NCBI GenBank assembly: GCA_965205975.1
Contig: OZ242195.1
Location: 2,432,001-2,496,000 of the forward strand
Origin: Candidatus Latescibacterota bacterium
GTDB taxonomy: Bacteria; Latescibacterota; UBA2968
DNA: 64,000 nucleotides
Reading direction: 5' to 3'
The number at the start of each line of letters is the position of its first letter. The first letter of the stretch is position 1. Below the pieces are notes generated by a model that saw only the letters and a program-made list of their open reading frames with translations, was not told where the DNA came from and did not search any database. Made by a program: the position numbers and the translations under genes. Positions 48,822 through 59,192 of the stretch are shown here, one piece after another.

Positions 48822-50783
48822 TTAATACGCCCATGCCTCATCCGAAAATAGATCTCGACCAAGCGTCCATGTTTTCTCAAAAGCCTCAACAGTCAATTCA
48901 ACGCGGTCATCCCCAGCGCGAAATACATCGGACAATTCGGCTGAAACGCCGGGAACATCTGTCCCGCGATAGGGCACAACCACAGTCAAAAACACCGTGG
49001 GAGCCTGCTCATTCAGCGCAAAACGAAATGCTTTGCGCGGCATGCGAGAACCATAAGTCCAGGCAAACCATCCCTCTTCTTCTGCCATACACGTCTCGCA
49101 ATTTGCACCGGCCTGCACCAGCACATTAGCGTCGTCAAATTGCGTAAAGGCACGCCTTCCCGCCTCGTCAAACACCACATCGCCCGGCGCAAATTGGAAA
49201 TGCAAATCCAGTTGCCCAGGGACATCGCCAATCGCCTCGTCCAAAAACGCGAAAAACTGCCGATTGACAAACCACACCGAACGGCGGTGAACCAATCCCG
49301 GATACGACCCATTTTCCACCACCAGCACATCGCTATCAGCCCCTTCTGACACCCACAACAAATGCCGCCCATCATCGGACGTATCACCGCCATCCAGTGT
49401 CAAAGTCTGATGCACTGTCGTCTGCCGGTGCCACGCGCGGCCTTCTGCATCGTGACCATAAGTATAAAAACCCGTATCAGGCATCAACCAGCGCCCATAA
49501 GCGTACAATTCAAACGTCCCATTATCCGGTTGATCGTGGCTCGAAATAGCAGGCGGCGAACAATGCAGCGCCATGTGAATCTGATCGGGGCCCCAATCGT
49601 CGCGCATCACATACAAACCCGCCTCTTGAAATGCACGACTCTTGTGATCGGGCAAAAATTCGCGATTTAGAGTCGCCCGCGCAGCGTATTTGGGATCACC
49701 CAGCAATTCCGTAGCCTCGACAAGTGAGTCATAAAGTCCCCACTTTGAGCGATCATCCGTCTCATGCAACGCACGCGACCCATCCCCAAACATCGGCGCA
49801 CCCAGATCGGGCGACGCAATCCAGAAAATATAGTCGTGCATCAACCGCACGCGCTCTCGAAACGCCTCTGAAATCTCAATGCCAAAAGTATCCATGCGAC
49901 CAAAAATTTCCACAGCATCCCGCAACACACCCACATGATACCCAAAAGACCACTCTCGCTGAACGCCATCTGTTGTTGTCTGCGCCAGAAAATTCTCTTC
50001 AACGCGCTCCAGTGCCAACTCCATCCATTCACGCGATTCCACAAACTCTCGGAACGTATAGGCAATATTGATAAACCCACGCTGTTCAAACACCGCCTTA
50101 TTGTGAACCAATCCCATCGGAATCAGCTTTGTCTTAACCTGATGATCGTACAGACTTGCCAGCAACAGACCGAGAAACTCGGGCGTAAATGCCTCGGCAT
50201 GAACCAAACTGCGAAATGCCGAACAAATATTCGTCGCTCGAATACCCGTCTGAATATCCAGCCAGACAAACCCCTTCCAGTACGTATAAACGGAATGGGT
50301 TTTCGTGTGATTTTCCAGCGGATGTTTTGAAATCCAATCGGTCGTCATCTCCACAAATGTCTGGGCGTATTTTTCATCGCGCGTCGCAGCATAAGCCTGT
50401 GCGAGCGGTGCAGCCCAATAAAAGCGATACACAGCCGCAACCCATTCAATATCGCCGCGGGGATCCCATTCCCAATCAAAATCATCGCCATAACGCGCCT
50501 CTTCATAAGGCCCCCACTGAATAATGCGCCGGCATATTTTGTCGGCTGTCTCAAAATCGCCTCCCCCAGACGCTTCACCTATTGGATATTTCGCCCGATA
50601 ATAATCGCGCAATACTGTAAGTGCGCCACTTCGATCCCCAGCATCCGCAGCCCGTTTTGCGCCCTCCAAACCCGTCAGATCTAATTTTTCCAAAATTCGT
50701 CCAGGATCAAATGACTCCAAAGGCATCTCGTGATCAATTTGATCCGCGCCTGCTGGATACTCCACTACTGAACTCATAGCCAT
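48822..50783 (-). CDS. Heparinase II/III-family polysaccharide lyase
   Basis: HNK, DGVQREWSFGYH, GLYVMRDDW, SHDQPD, PDTG.YTY, HQTL; alpha-barrel plus beta domain layout. Confidence 0.85.
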   Translation of the reverse strand: MAMSSVVEYPAGADQIDHEMPLESFDPGRILEKLDLTGLEGAKRAADAGDRSGALTVLRDYYRAKYPIGEASGGGDFETADKICRRIIQWGPYEEARYGDDFDWEWDPRGDIEWVAAVYRFYWAAPLAQAYAATRDEKYAQTFVEMTTDWISKHPLENHTKTHSVYTYWKGFVWLDIQTGIRATNICSAFRSLVHAEAFTPEFLGLLLASLYDHQVKTKLIPMGLVHNKAVFEQRGFINIAYTFREFVESREWMELALERVEENFLAQTTTDGVQREWSFGYHVGVLRDAVEIFGRMDTFGIEISEAFRERVRLMHDYIFWIASPDLGAPMFGDGSRALHETDDRSKWGLYDSLVEATELLGDPKYAARATLNREFLPDHKSRAFQEAGLYVMRDDWGPDQIHMALHCSPPAISSHDQPDNGTFELYAYGRWLMPDTGFYTYGHDAEGRAWHRQTTVHQTLTLDGGDTSDDGRHLLWVSEGADSDVLVVENGSYPGLVHRRSVWFVNRQFFAFLDEAIGDVPGQLDLHFQFAPGDVVFDEAGRRAFTQFDDANVLVQAGANCETCMAEEEGWFAWTYGSRMPRKAFRFALNEQAPTVFLTVVVPYRGTDVPGVSAELSDVFRAGDDRVELTVEAFEKTWTLGRDLFSDEAWAY

Positions 50784-50827
50784 GCCCTCCTCACTTGACA
50801 ATATGAATATCGGAGTTTGCCTGAGTA

Positions 50828-51550
50828 CTACGCATTACCATTTGTTCCATACATATAATCCAGATACAATTTTTCCAAATCCTCATGCTCCAATTCAGCA
50901 CGGGTGCGCTCCATGAGCAACTGCCCTTCCTTCATAATACCTACCCGGTCAGCGAGAGAACGCGCCCTGAAAATATCGTGTGTGGACATAAAAATGGCTT
51001 TGCCTTCACCTCTCAACTCTTCGAGCAAATCCATAAACTCAGCACCGGCTTGTGGATCTAAACCAGCGGTCGGCTCATCCAGAATAACTGCCGGTGCATC
51101 TCGAATGATGACAATGGCAATACCCACCTTTTGTCGCATCCCTTTAGAAAACGCCTTGACCCGCTGTTCAAAGGCTTGCTCCTGTAATCCCACGCGCTCC
51201 AAAATACGATAATATCCATCGCGGTCAGTTTCTTTGCCAGCCAAACTCGCAAAAAAATCCAGATTCTGTCGTGCAGTAAAGTTGCCATAAAGCATGACAT
51301 TTTCAGACAGATATGCGACATACTTCTTCGCCTCAAGCGGGTCTCGCGTCACATCAATATCATTAATCTTTGCCGTACCCTCAGTTGGCTCAATAAAGTT
51401 CAACATCAAATTGATAGCCGTTGATTTGCCTGCCCCATTTGCACCCAGCAAACAGAATATCTCTCCCGAGGGCACTTTCAGATTCAAATTGTCCAGTGCC
51501 AGAACACCATCTTCATACCGCTTCGAAAGTTCGATTGCTTCAATCATCAC
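50828..51550 (-). CDS. ABC transporter ATP-binding protein
   Basis: GANGAGKS, FSKGM signature, ILDEPTAGLDP, H-loop STH. Confidence 0.96.
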   Translation of the reverse strand: MMIEAIELSKRYEDGVLALDNLNLKVPSGEIFCLLGANGAGKSTAINLMLNFIEPTEGTAKINDIDVTRDPLEAKKYVAYLSENVMLYGNFTARQNLDFFASLAGKETDRDGYYRILERVGLQEQAFEQRVKAFSKGMRQKVGIAIVIIRDAPAVILDEPTAGLDPQAGAEFMDLLEELRGEGKAIFMSTHDIFRARSLADRVGIMKEGQLLMERTRAELEHEDLEKLYLDYMYGTNGNA

Positions 51551-51564
51551 GCCTCCTTATAGCC

Positions 51565-53172
51565 TTATCGCCGCGTCAGCTTAACACCGTACCACACCAC
51601 GCCAACAACCAATCCGATCACACCGAGAATCAGCATACTACTCAACAAGAGATTCGTGCGTGCGGTAACGTGAATGCGTACCGTCTTATCCTGCGCCTCA
51701 ACAGATCTGTTATCTGCCATTGCCTGTGTCTGAATTTGAACCTCATAATCTCCCACGCCGACATCGTCGGGCGGCATAAATGTCAGTTGAACAGCGCGCT
51801 CTTTTGAAGGCAGCAGTTCGGAAATCACATCTGGCTCAACCGTTGATCGCCAATTGGGCGGCATATTGGCGCGAATCGCCACATTGTCCAAACGCCTCGT
51901 CCCATCGTTATACACGGTCACTTCCATAAAAACATCTTCGTCAATGCTGATCTCATGATAGAGATTTACAGCACGGACCTCGATGCGCCCCACGCCTCTC
52001 GGCACCAGTTCCAACTTGACTTTACTAACATCAAGCGTATCCAGTTCAGCCGCCGAAAACATGCGTTCTTGAATGGGTTGTAACCTTCGCCAAACTTCCT
52101 GGGGCAACACAAGGGCGTAAAACTCGATGCGTTTGTCAATCGCCACATCCACATCTGAGCGTTCGGGCAAATACACTTGTAAAGACAGATCGTGACTCGT
52201 CTCATTTTGCCGAAAATTGATCTGGCTCAAACGCGCACCTGACCGCGTAAATTGCGCGTTGATTTGCTTCGGCAGGTTCACAACCGCCAATTGAAAAGCA
52301 GCTCTCCCACTCGAAAATCGCTCAACCCGCACCGCATAAGTTGCGCTTTCTCCCAGGTCTGCCTCTTGTGAAAACTGCATCACTTCCAGAATTGGAATCG
52401 CTTTCTCTGATTCGGCTTCTACTTTCACTGGCATTTGTTTGGTCACATCCAAATACTCCATTTGGATTGTAATCTGATCGGCCTCTTCGTCCAGAAGTTG
52501 AAAGGTGAGCGATTTTTCTTCGTATAATTTAAGCGACGGCACAATCTGATCATAGGGTTTGCCAATAATGGTTCCCCCCTGATAAATGGACACAATGATA
52601 TTCTGAATCTCCAAAAGCGATGTCAGGCGTGCCTTTGACATATCCTGGTCGAGGGCGTCTAAGCCTGCGATTTCTACACCGATTTCGGCCAACTCTGACG
52701 TTCCGGATAAATAGGTCTCTGCCTCCGACACATTAGACGAGTTCTTCAAGGTCACATCAACCATCCGCCGTCCATCGGGCAAAATATATTTTTTTGCTTC
52801 CATCACTGAAATATGCGTGGCATCGCGTAAAAAATTCAGCTTTGTCTCGCGCAATGTCAACACGGCTTGCTTGTAAAGAACTGAAGCCTCCTCAAAGGCC
52901 TTTTGCGCGTCATTGAGTTCTTTCAACGTGTAAATTTTTTCTTTAAACAATTCATCTGCAATCTCCAATTCCCTTTTCTTATTTTTCAGGTCTTCTCTGC
53001 GCCGATCCAAATCCACTTCGGCTTTGCGAAGGCGCAATTCATTCAACAATTGCACCTTTGTTTTGCCTGTATTCGTCGGTGCGCTGACATCTTCTGTACC
53101 TTCAAGTTCTCCTACCCACACCATCACAAAGAACGCACAACCAACGCCCCATATCGCACCTATCCTATTCAA
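51565..53172 (-). CDS. Exported coiled-coil + Ig-like (NEW3/NPCBM-associated) protein with C-terminal TM
   Basis: Signal peptide, alpha-hairpin-like coiled coil, VYNDGTRRLDNV...PPNW...PPDDVGVGDYEV, C-terminal hydrophobic helix followed by RR. Confidence 0.75.
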   Translation of the reverse strand: MNRIGAIWGVGCAFFVMVWVGELEGTEDVSAPTNTGKTKVQLLNELRLRKAEVDLDRRREDLKNKKRELEIADELFKEKIYTLKELNDAQKAFEEASVLYKQAVLTLRETKLNFLRDATHISVMEAKKYILPDGRRMVDVTLKNSSNVSEAETYLSGTSELAEIGVEIAGLDALDQDMSKARLTSLLEIQNIIVSIYQGGTIIGKPYDQIVPSLKLYEEKSLTFQLLDEEADQITIQMEYLDVTKQMPVKVEAESEKAIPILEVMQFSQEADLGESATYAVRVERFSSGRAAFQLAVVNLPKQINAQFTRSGARLSQINFRQNETSHDLSLQVYLPERSDVDVAIDKRIEFYALVLPQEVWRRLQPIQERMFSAAELDTLDVSKVKLELVPRGVGRIEVRAVNLYHEISIDEDVFMEVTVYNDGTRRLDNVAIRANMPPNWRSTVEPDVISELLPSKERAVQLTFMPPDDVGVGDYEVQIQTQAMADNRSVEAQDKTVRIHVTARTNLLLSSMLILGVIGLVVGVVWYGVKLTRR

Positions 53173-54523
53173 AATACCCCATCACCTCCCTCAAATTTTC
53201 CAGCGCATTGATATAGCCATCCTGACTCTGAAACAGCCGCTCTTGTCCCGCAAAAAAGAGATCCCGAAACGTTTCAACCTGGTTGTCTGTCACCTGTCCC
53301 AGATCGCGCAAACGCTCCTGAATTTCAAGCCGCCTGCTGTCCATTTGGAGGCGTCGCGTATTGATCTCCCGTTGCAAAATCCGATCTTGTAGTGTCTGGT
53401 AGTGTTGCCGCACATCGCGCTCAACCTGCTCGCGTCGGTCTCGAAACGATGCCTGCACCTGATACAATCGCGCACGCGCAGCCCCAGTTTGTCCATAGCG
53501 AGAAAATCCCGAGAGAATCGGCATTGAAAATTGAAAAAGTGCGAACTTATTTGTATCTCGCATTATAAAACGCGAATCCAAAGGCAGGTTACCTGTACGC
53601 AAGAGCAATACATCTGAAGAGGCATCCAGACGCCAGGTGCGCTGGCTGCGCGTCAGATCAAATCCCAGGACCTTATCACCACTTTCCATGCCAACTTTTA
53701 TTCCAAGATCCGGCAAGTAGTCCAACCGCGTTTCATGAAATGCGCGTGAGACCTCAGCAACTTCCTCGCCAAGTCTTTCAATCTCTACATCGCGGCTCAG
53801 AGCTATTGCAACGGCATCTTCCAAACTCATTTCAAAATCCTCAACCTCCCCAACCAACATCACGTCTTGCACCATATCGCGCCCCATCAACCGCAAGAGA
53901 TCAAAGGTCAACCGTGCTTTTTGCCCCAACAAGACACTGATCTGCGCTTCTTGTTCCAAAGAATCTAACTGCGCCGTTAGTAAATCAAATTCTTTTGCCA
54001 CACCGTGTTCGTATTTCACCCGAATACGCCGCAATTTTTCCCGCACATTGTCGAGTACCTCGCGTCGGTTGGCAATTTGCTGCCTTTTAACAATTGTCAA
54101 ATAGAAATTGCGCCTCACCTGTGACAACACGCGCCGCGTTTGTCGTTCGTAGTCAAGCCGCGCTAATCGCATTCGCGACCGATACGCCACTTCTTCAGGT
54201 GCATCAGCACCAAACTCCAACACGCGCTGTCGCGCATGCAAAATGGCTTCATCGCGAAATAGATCACTATCTATGTGTCGCAGATCTGGCACATTGTACC
54301 GGGTCTTCAAATCCACCTGTGGAAAAAACCGGGATCGCACCACCCACTTATCGTAATCTATCTCCTCAACGCGCTGTCTGGCAGACAGTAGAGTTTCATT
54401 GTGCGCTCGCGCCAGTGCCAAACAGGTCTCAATCTCCAGCACCCCACCTTGTTGTGTATGACTAACAGGTGCCCAGGACATCAGGATACATAAAAACACC
54501 AAGCGATTCAAAAAACGCACCAT
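53165..54523 (-). CDS. TolC-family outer-membrane efflux protein
   Basis: SD GGAGG, signal peptide, two OEP-like repeats (FFPQVDL / YLPDLGI; YEHGVAKEFDLLTAQ / RDLGQVT). Confidence 0.82.
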   Translation of the reverse strand: MVRFLNRLVFLCILMSWAPVSHTQQGGVLEIETCLALARAHNETLLSARQRVEEIDYDKWVVRSRFFPQVDLKTRYNVPDLRHIDSDLFRDEAILHARQRVLEFGADAPEEVAYRSRMRLARLDYERQTRRVLSQVRRNFYLTIVKRQQIANRREVLDNVREKLRRIRVKYEHGVAKEFDLLTAQLDSLEQEAQISVLLGQKARLTFDLLRLMGRDMVQDVMLVGEVEDFEMSLEDAVAIALSRDVEIERLGEEVAEVSRAFHETRLDYLPDLGIKVGMESGDKVLGFDLTRSQRTWRLDASSDVLLLRTGNLPLDSRFIMRDTNKFALFQFSMPILSGFSRYGQTGAARARLYQVQASFRDRREQVERDVRQHYQTLQDRILQREINTRRLQMDSRRLEIQERLRDLGQVTDNQVETFRDLFFAGQERLFQSQDGYINALENLREVMGYFE

Positions 54524-54536
54524 AACCTTTCCTCCG

Positions 54537-54649
54537 AAGGCAGCCGTTGAAGCCTGTGTCAATAACCGCACTAATCTCTCTGCTACTGTCACTGGTTCCC
54601 TCATACTCAGAGAGATAATGCACCTCAGAGCATGTAGGCCAATTATCAT
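54537..54649 (-). pseudogene. Remnant of clan AA aspartic protease (AF_0612-like)
   Basis: MIIG...IISLSM, then frameshift to GTSDSSREISAVIDTGFNGCL; truncated at the tolC RBS. Confidence 0.5.
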
Positions 54650-54987
54650 GCCTCATTTGCCCGTAGAGAACTCCAAAGCAGTGGGCATACCATCAATATG
54701 CCCTGTCCGCAAAAGATACGCAATCGCATCGCGATTTTCAAACTCTAAAGAAATTCTTACTGACTCTTTGATCTGCTTACGCTGGGAACATGAAACATTA
54801 CAAATTGATCTTGAAAATCAAAAAAGGTTGCGGGTGCATTGCCCGAAACCTTTTTCAGGTATTACAAGCGAGATTTTTTGCTCATCAGCCAAATTTATGT
54901 TTGAACATCCACCAAAGTGATATTCACACTACTTATCATAGATATTTTACACCGCTTATCACCTGGAGACTTCACATTCAAATTTAG

Positions 54988-56502
54988 TTAACGCACATCG
55001 TATTTTAGAAATGACACATACGTTCCAATAAAAAGCAGTAGGGATAAGAGGATGAGCAATAGGATGTCAATGAGTGTCGCTTGCACAACAGAAACTATCG
55101 ACATCTTTTGATACTGAAACACAGGAATCTCATTCAGATTGACCTTTTCGAGCTTTTGTATTTCTGAAAAAGTATTCAGCAATTCGCCGTCCTCCCGGGA
55201 TTCTACGATTATTCCCTCTGTTATGATTTCTTCCGCTACGTCGCCATCAGATGTTACGCGTACTATTTCCCTATTTTCAATTTTTGTTTTTATAAATGCA
55301 ATATATCTTTCTCTATATCCCCTTAATAACTTGATAAAATGCCTAAAGCTATCCATTCCTGTATCAGCGAGGTCCGCCGTTGCATATGTCATTGCAGAGG
55401 CAGGAGATAGGCGGGAAAAGGTGATTGCAAGATTAGCCAAATTTTGTTGTCGTTGTTGGTATTCTCGCTCCATCCGAGCTTGTGCATTTTCAAGCTCAGC
55501 ATCTCGCTGTTCATGAATTTCTTTTTTCTTTTTTTTATATTCATTCCATCGCCTTTCCGCTTGTTCCATACTTTTCCGACTGAATATCTGATCCTGATCG
55601 TACAAAAGCTTCTCACTAATCTTATAATATTTTTTAAAAATATCATTCATTAATTGCGTTTTTTTGATACGGTATTGCTGGCTTGAAGGAACGTGAATAA
55701 ACTGTGTAGCAAGGATACTGCTACTTTTGGGAATGATAAGTACGACCATCACCCAAATAAAAAGTCCGACCAAAAAGGAGATACTCGAACTCTTCGTACG
55801 AGCCGAAATAAATGCACCAATCAAAAAAAAGACGGTTAGATACAGCAGAAATATGCAAAAAATCAAAATCAGACGTAGATAGTCATCGCTTTCAAACTGA
55901 ATATTAGGCAATAGAAGAAGCACAGCCATGCTCAGGAGCATGGGAATCAATAAGGGAATAAATAAACAGAGCAGTCCGCCGATCAATTTGCCCAAGATAA
56001 GCGTGTCACGCGGCACGGGAAATGAGGCGATCAAACGCAGAGTGCCACCTTCTTTTTCTCCTGAAAGCGTGTTATACGAGAAGACTACGGCTAAGAGGCT
56101 AAGGATATATTTTATGATGAAAGTCAGACTAAAATCACCGAACAGTGCCCAAACAGGATTGCCCTCAATTTTGCTGCCATGAAGTTCTGGTGTGCTATAC
56201 GAATTAATATTCAGATTTCTGCCGATGTAATTCGCTATGCCGACATTGAAAATCGCCAGCACTTCTGGCGGTTTACTGATGCGGATACCTTCGCTTTCAA
56301 TGTCTTCATATGTTTCTTGGGATTTCAGCGAATTTCTATTAAGTGCCTGAATGCCGTTGTAGTCATTCACAAGATCGCTATAATTGCACACACTGAGATA
56401 AAAACTCAAAAAAATCAGCATCGCACTCAGGATGCAGGCAATGACAAATGTCGCGTCGGAAAACCGCGCCAACAATTCTTTTTCTATAATTATTTTGAGC
56501 AT
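54988..56502 (-). CDS. ABC-2-type transporter permease, copy A
   Basis: IIEKEL start, SYN.LSGEKE.GTLRL..SFPVPR...GKL, TM bundle, large helical loop, C-terminal FLKYDVR. Confidence 0.9.
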   Translation of the reverse strand: MLKIIIEKELLARFSDATFVIACILSAMLIFLSFYLSVCNYSDLVNDYNGIQALNRNSLKSQETYEDIESEGIRISKPPEVLAIFNVGIANYIGRNLNINSYSTPELHGSKIEGNPVWALFGDFSLTFIIKYILSLLAVVFSYNTLSGEKEGGTLRLIASFPVPRDTLILGKLIGGLLCLFIPLLIPMLLSMAVLLLLPNIQFESDDYLRLILIFCIFLLYLTVFFLIGAFISARTKSSSISFLVGLFIWVMVVLIIPKSSSILATQFIHVPSSQQYRIKKTQLMNDIFKKYYKISEKLLYDQDQIFSRKSMEQAERRWNEYKKKKKEIHEQRDAELENAQARMEREYQQRQQNLANLAITFSRLSPASAMTYATADLADTGMDSFRHFIKLLRGYRERYIAFIKTKIENREIVRVTSDGDVAEEIITEGIIVESREDGELLNTFSEIQKLEKVNLNEIPVFQYQKMSIVSVVQATLIDILLLILLSLLLFIGTYVSFLKYDVR

Positions 56503-56549
56503 GGAGATACATACCTAAAAAATGAAAAGAGTAACCAATTAACAGAACC

Positions 56550-56580
56550 ACCATCGTGGTCGAAATAAGACCACGATGGT
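56550..56580. other. 12-bp perfect hairpin upstream of permease A
   Basis: accatcgtggtc-gaaataa-gaccacgatggt; no clear U-tract. Confidence 0.6.
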
Positions 56581-56814
56581 AGTAATACCAATCAGATATA
56601 GAAATCTTGCACTTTGTAATCAGGTATGGTCTGTCTATGCCTATTTTGCACGCCGAAATGCAGTCAGACAGTCAGGTTCTCGAAAATGAGCTACAATGTC
56701 ATGCAAGATTAATTCATACGATTGGTATAACATAGAATGTGAAGCCCTGGACAAAAGTCTGTTAGCACTATTTACTATTTATGGTTGGACCCCACTCTTG
56801 GATATCAAACCCGA

Positions 56815-57168
56815 CTAACTACCTGCGTCTGCGTACTCCACATCTCCCGAATCATGAGCATGATGAAATACACACTTTGCAAAATTTTTAGCCTTGTACT
56901 TTCCGCTAGGTTTGCACTTAAAACCTTTAAGATGGTGTCTCACTTCATCCGCATCATACATGTAGAAACACTCGTAACTAGCATCGTCGCTCACCGTCCT
57001 GAGAGCCTCGTCTAGCGTGTCATACTCACATTCTGTTTCTTGATAAGCATCTTCAGTCACATCATGGGCCACTGCGCTGTCAGGAATGACCCAAGGCACC
57101 ATCATACCAGCCGAACACAAAATAGTGCTGAATTTCGGCACATTGTTGGGCAACCAGTTTGCAATCAT
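56815..57168 (-). CDS. Small exported Cys-patterned protein A (117 aa)
   Basis: SD GGAGG; 34-aa leader ending AVA; mature part with 4 Cys; paralog of 59193-59543. Confidence 0.85.
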   Translation of the reverse strand: MIANWLPNNVPKFSTILCSAGMMVPWVIPDSAVAHDVTEDAYQETECEYDTLDEALRTVSDDASYECFYMYDADEVRHHLKGFKCKPSGKYKAKNFAKCVFHHAHDSGDVEYADAGS

Positions 57169-57433
57169 TGTGTAACCTCCTGCAATGGATTAAAAAACGA
57201 AACAACCTGATAATTTACACACTTCTTCAGTTTGGGCATAATGCCCAAAACAATTACGGTTCCTACTTTCCTATTGACAATTCAACAACAGGTAAAACGC
57301 GCCCGTTCTGTATATCGACAAGAAAATCCGACCGATTCTCCTACCGACTACATCCAGGGCTTAATGCTTCCGGCGAATGAGTTAAACCTCCTTTCTGTTT
57401 ATCAGTGATAAACTCTCAAATCCCTCATATTCC
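57169..57433 (-). repeat. Duplicated upstream region (paralogous to about 59544-59810)
   Basis: Shared blocks such as aattcaacaacaggtaaaacgcgccc and tatatcgacaagaaaatccgac. Confidence 0.9.
57341..57433 (-). pseudogene. Remnant of the dsbA-like gene 3' end
   Basis: Encodes ...ITDKQKGGLTHSPEALSPGCSR*, compared with VTDKQKGGLTHSSEAVSPGCGR* ending at 59717; frameshifted upstream. Confidence 0.85.
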
Positions 57434-57520
57434 GCTTGTCATCCGAGACTTGGACTTTGTCTGAGAGTTTGCTACCCCTCCAAGACATTTATTTATCCGT
57501 AGATGCCGCAGAAGTTCCAA

Positions 57521-58936
57521 TCAACGTACATCGTACTTCAGAAATGATACGTAAGTACCAATAAAAAAGAGCAGTGAAAGCAGAATAAGCAAGAGCATAT
57601 CAATGAGTGTCTCTTGAATAACATAAGCAAGTGGCATTTTTTCATATATAAACATAGGCATTTCATTCACATTGGGCTTTTCGCTTGTCTCGACATTTCT
57701 AAAATCATGTAGTTTTTCTTTTATAAACGCGATATATCTTTCCTTGTATGCGTATGCTGATCTAATGAAATGGTCAAAGCTACCCAAGCCCGTGTCAGCA
57801 AAATTCATAGTTGCATGGGTCATTGCAGCGGCAGGAGATATGCGGGAAAGGGTAATTGCAAGGGTGGCCAAATTTCGCTGTTGTTGTTGGTACTCTCGTT
57901 CCATCTGAGCTTGTTTCTTTTCCAGCTCAATATGCTTTTGTTCACTAATTCCATCCATTTTTTTTAGATATTCGTCCCGTAGCTTTTCCCTGAGTTCGCG
58001 ACTCGTTTCTATATTTTGTTGAGCGGTATAATCTTCTGTCAGTTGCGTCCGCTTCTGGTCATATTTATCAGAAAGATCATCCCATAATCGGACTTTTTCA
58101 ATACGATATTGCTGGCTTGAAGAAACCTGTATAAACTGTTCAGCAAGGATACTGCTACTCTTTGGAATGACTAGTACGACCAATACCCAAATAAAAAGCG
58201 CGATTAAAAAGGACACATTCACACTCTTGGTGCGTGCCGAAACGTACGTACCAATTAAAAAAAAGACGGTTAGATATAGTAAAAATATGCCCAATATAAA
58301 AATCAGCCGAAGCCAATCATTGCTTGCAAATTGAACACTCGGCAATAGAAGGAGGACCGCTAAGCTCAAGAGTGTGGGGATCAATAATGGGATGAATAAA
58401 CTGAGCAGGCCCCCGATCAACTTCCCCAAAATGAGTGTGTCTCGTGGCACGGGAAAGGATGCGACCAATCTGAGGGTGCCCCTTTCTTTTTCTCCAGAGA
58501 GCAGGTTATACGAGCAGATAATGGCTAAGAGGCTAAGTATATATTTTATGATGAAAGTTAGATTAAGATCGCCAAATAATGCCCAAACCGGATTGCTCTC
58601 AATCTTGCTACCCTGAAGTTCTGATGTAATAAACGAATTAATGTTCAGATTTCTACCAATGTAATTCGCTATGCCGACATTGAAAATCGCCAGCACTTCG
58701 GGGGGTTTGCTTATATTTATACCTTTAGTACTAATGCCCCAATACGTTTCTTGTGCTTGGAGTAAATTTCTATTAAGTATTTGAGTGCCATTGTAGTCAT
58801 CCACAAGATCGCTATAATTGCGTACACTGAGATAAAAGCTCAGAAAAATCAGCAGAGCACTCAGAATACAGATAATGACAAAAGTTGTATCAGAGAATCG
58901 CGTCAACAGTTCTTTTTCTATGATTAATTTGAGCAT
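57521..58936 (-). CDS. ABC-2-type transporter permease, copy B
   Basis: Close paralog of 54988-56502 (ISKPPEVLAIFNVGIANYIGRNLNINS identical). Start set at MLKLIIEKELL. Confidence 0.9.
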   Translation of the reverse strand: MLKLIIEKELLTRFSDTTFVIICILSALLIFLSFYLSVRNYSDLVDDYNGTQILNRNLLQAQETYWGISTKGINISKPPEVLAIFNVGIANYIGRNLNINSFITSELQGSKIESNPVWALFGDLNLTFIIKYILSLLAIICSYNLLSGEKERGTLRLVASFPVPRDTLILGKLIGGLLSLFIPLLIPTLLSLAVLLLLPSVQFASNDWLRLIFILGIFLLYLTVFFLIGTYVSARTKSVNVSFLIALFIWVLVVLVIPKSSSILAEQFIQVSSSQQYRIEKVRLWDDLSDKYDQKRTQLTEDYTAQQNIETSRELREKLRDEYLKKMDGISEQKHIELEKKQAQMEREYQQQQRNLATLAITLSRISPAAAMTHATMNFADTGLGSFDHFIRSAYAYKERYIAFIKEKLHDFRNVETSEKPNVNEMPMFIYEKMPLAYVIQETLIDMLLLILLSLLFFIGTYVSFLKYDVR

Positions 58937-59192
58937 AGGAGACATACCTTGCAAGGTAAGCAGATGAGAATGGACAGAGCCCCCATAGCAGTCTAAACTC
59001 TCACTGCGATGGGGGCAACATATATGTAAAGGCAACGGGCAAAACTTGTCAGTGCTATGGATGGCGTGAATTCAAAATCTTGGATCTCAAAATCAATGAA
59101 CTGTTGACGCCTATTTGCGTGTGAAAACCGCGGACGAATACTCAGCATTACAACAGAGACCCATAACACTTTTGTCACCGACTAACAGCTTC

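Noticed and set aside
47849..49129. 426-aa plus-strand ORF
   Set aside because: Antisense shadow of the SGNH and heparinase genes; no recognisable motifs.
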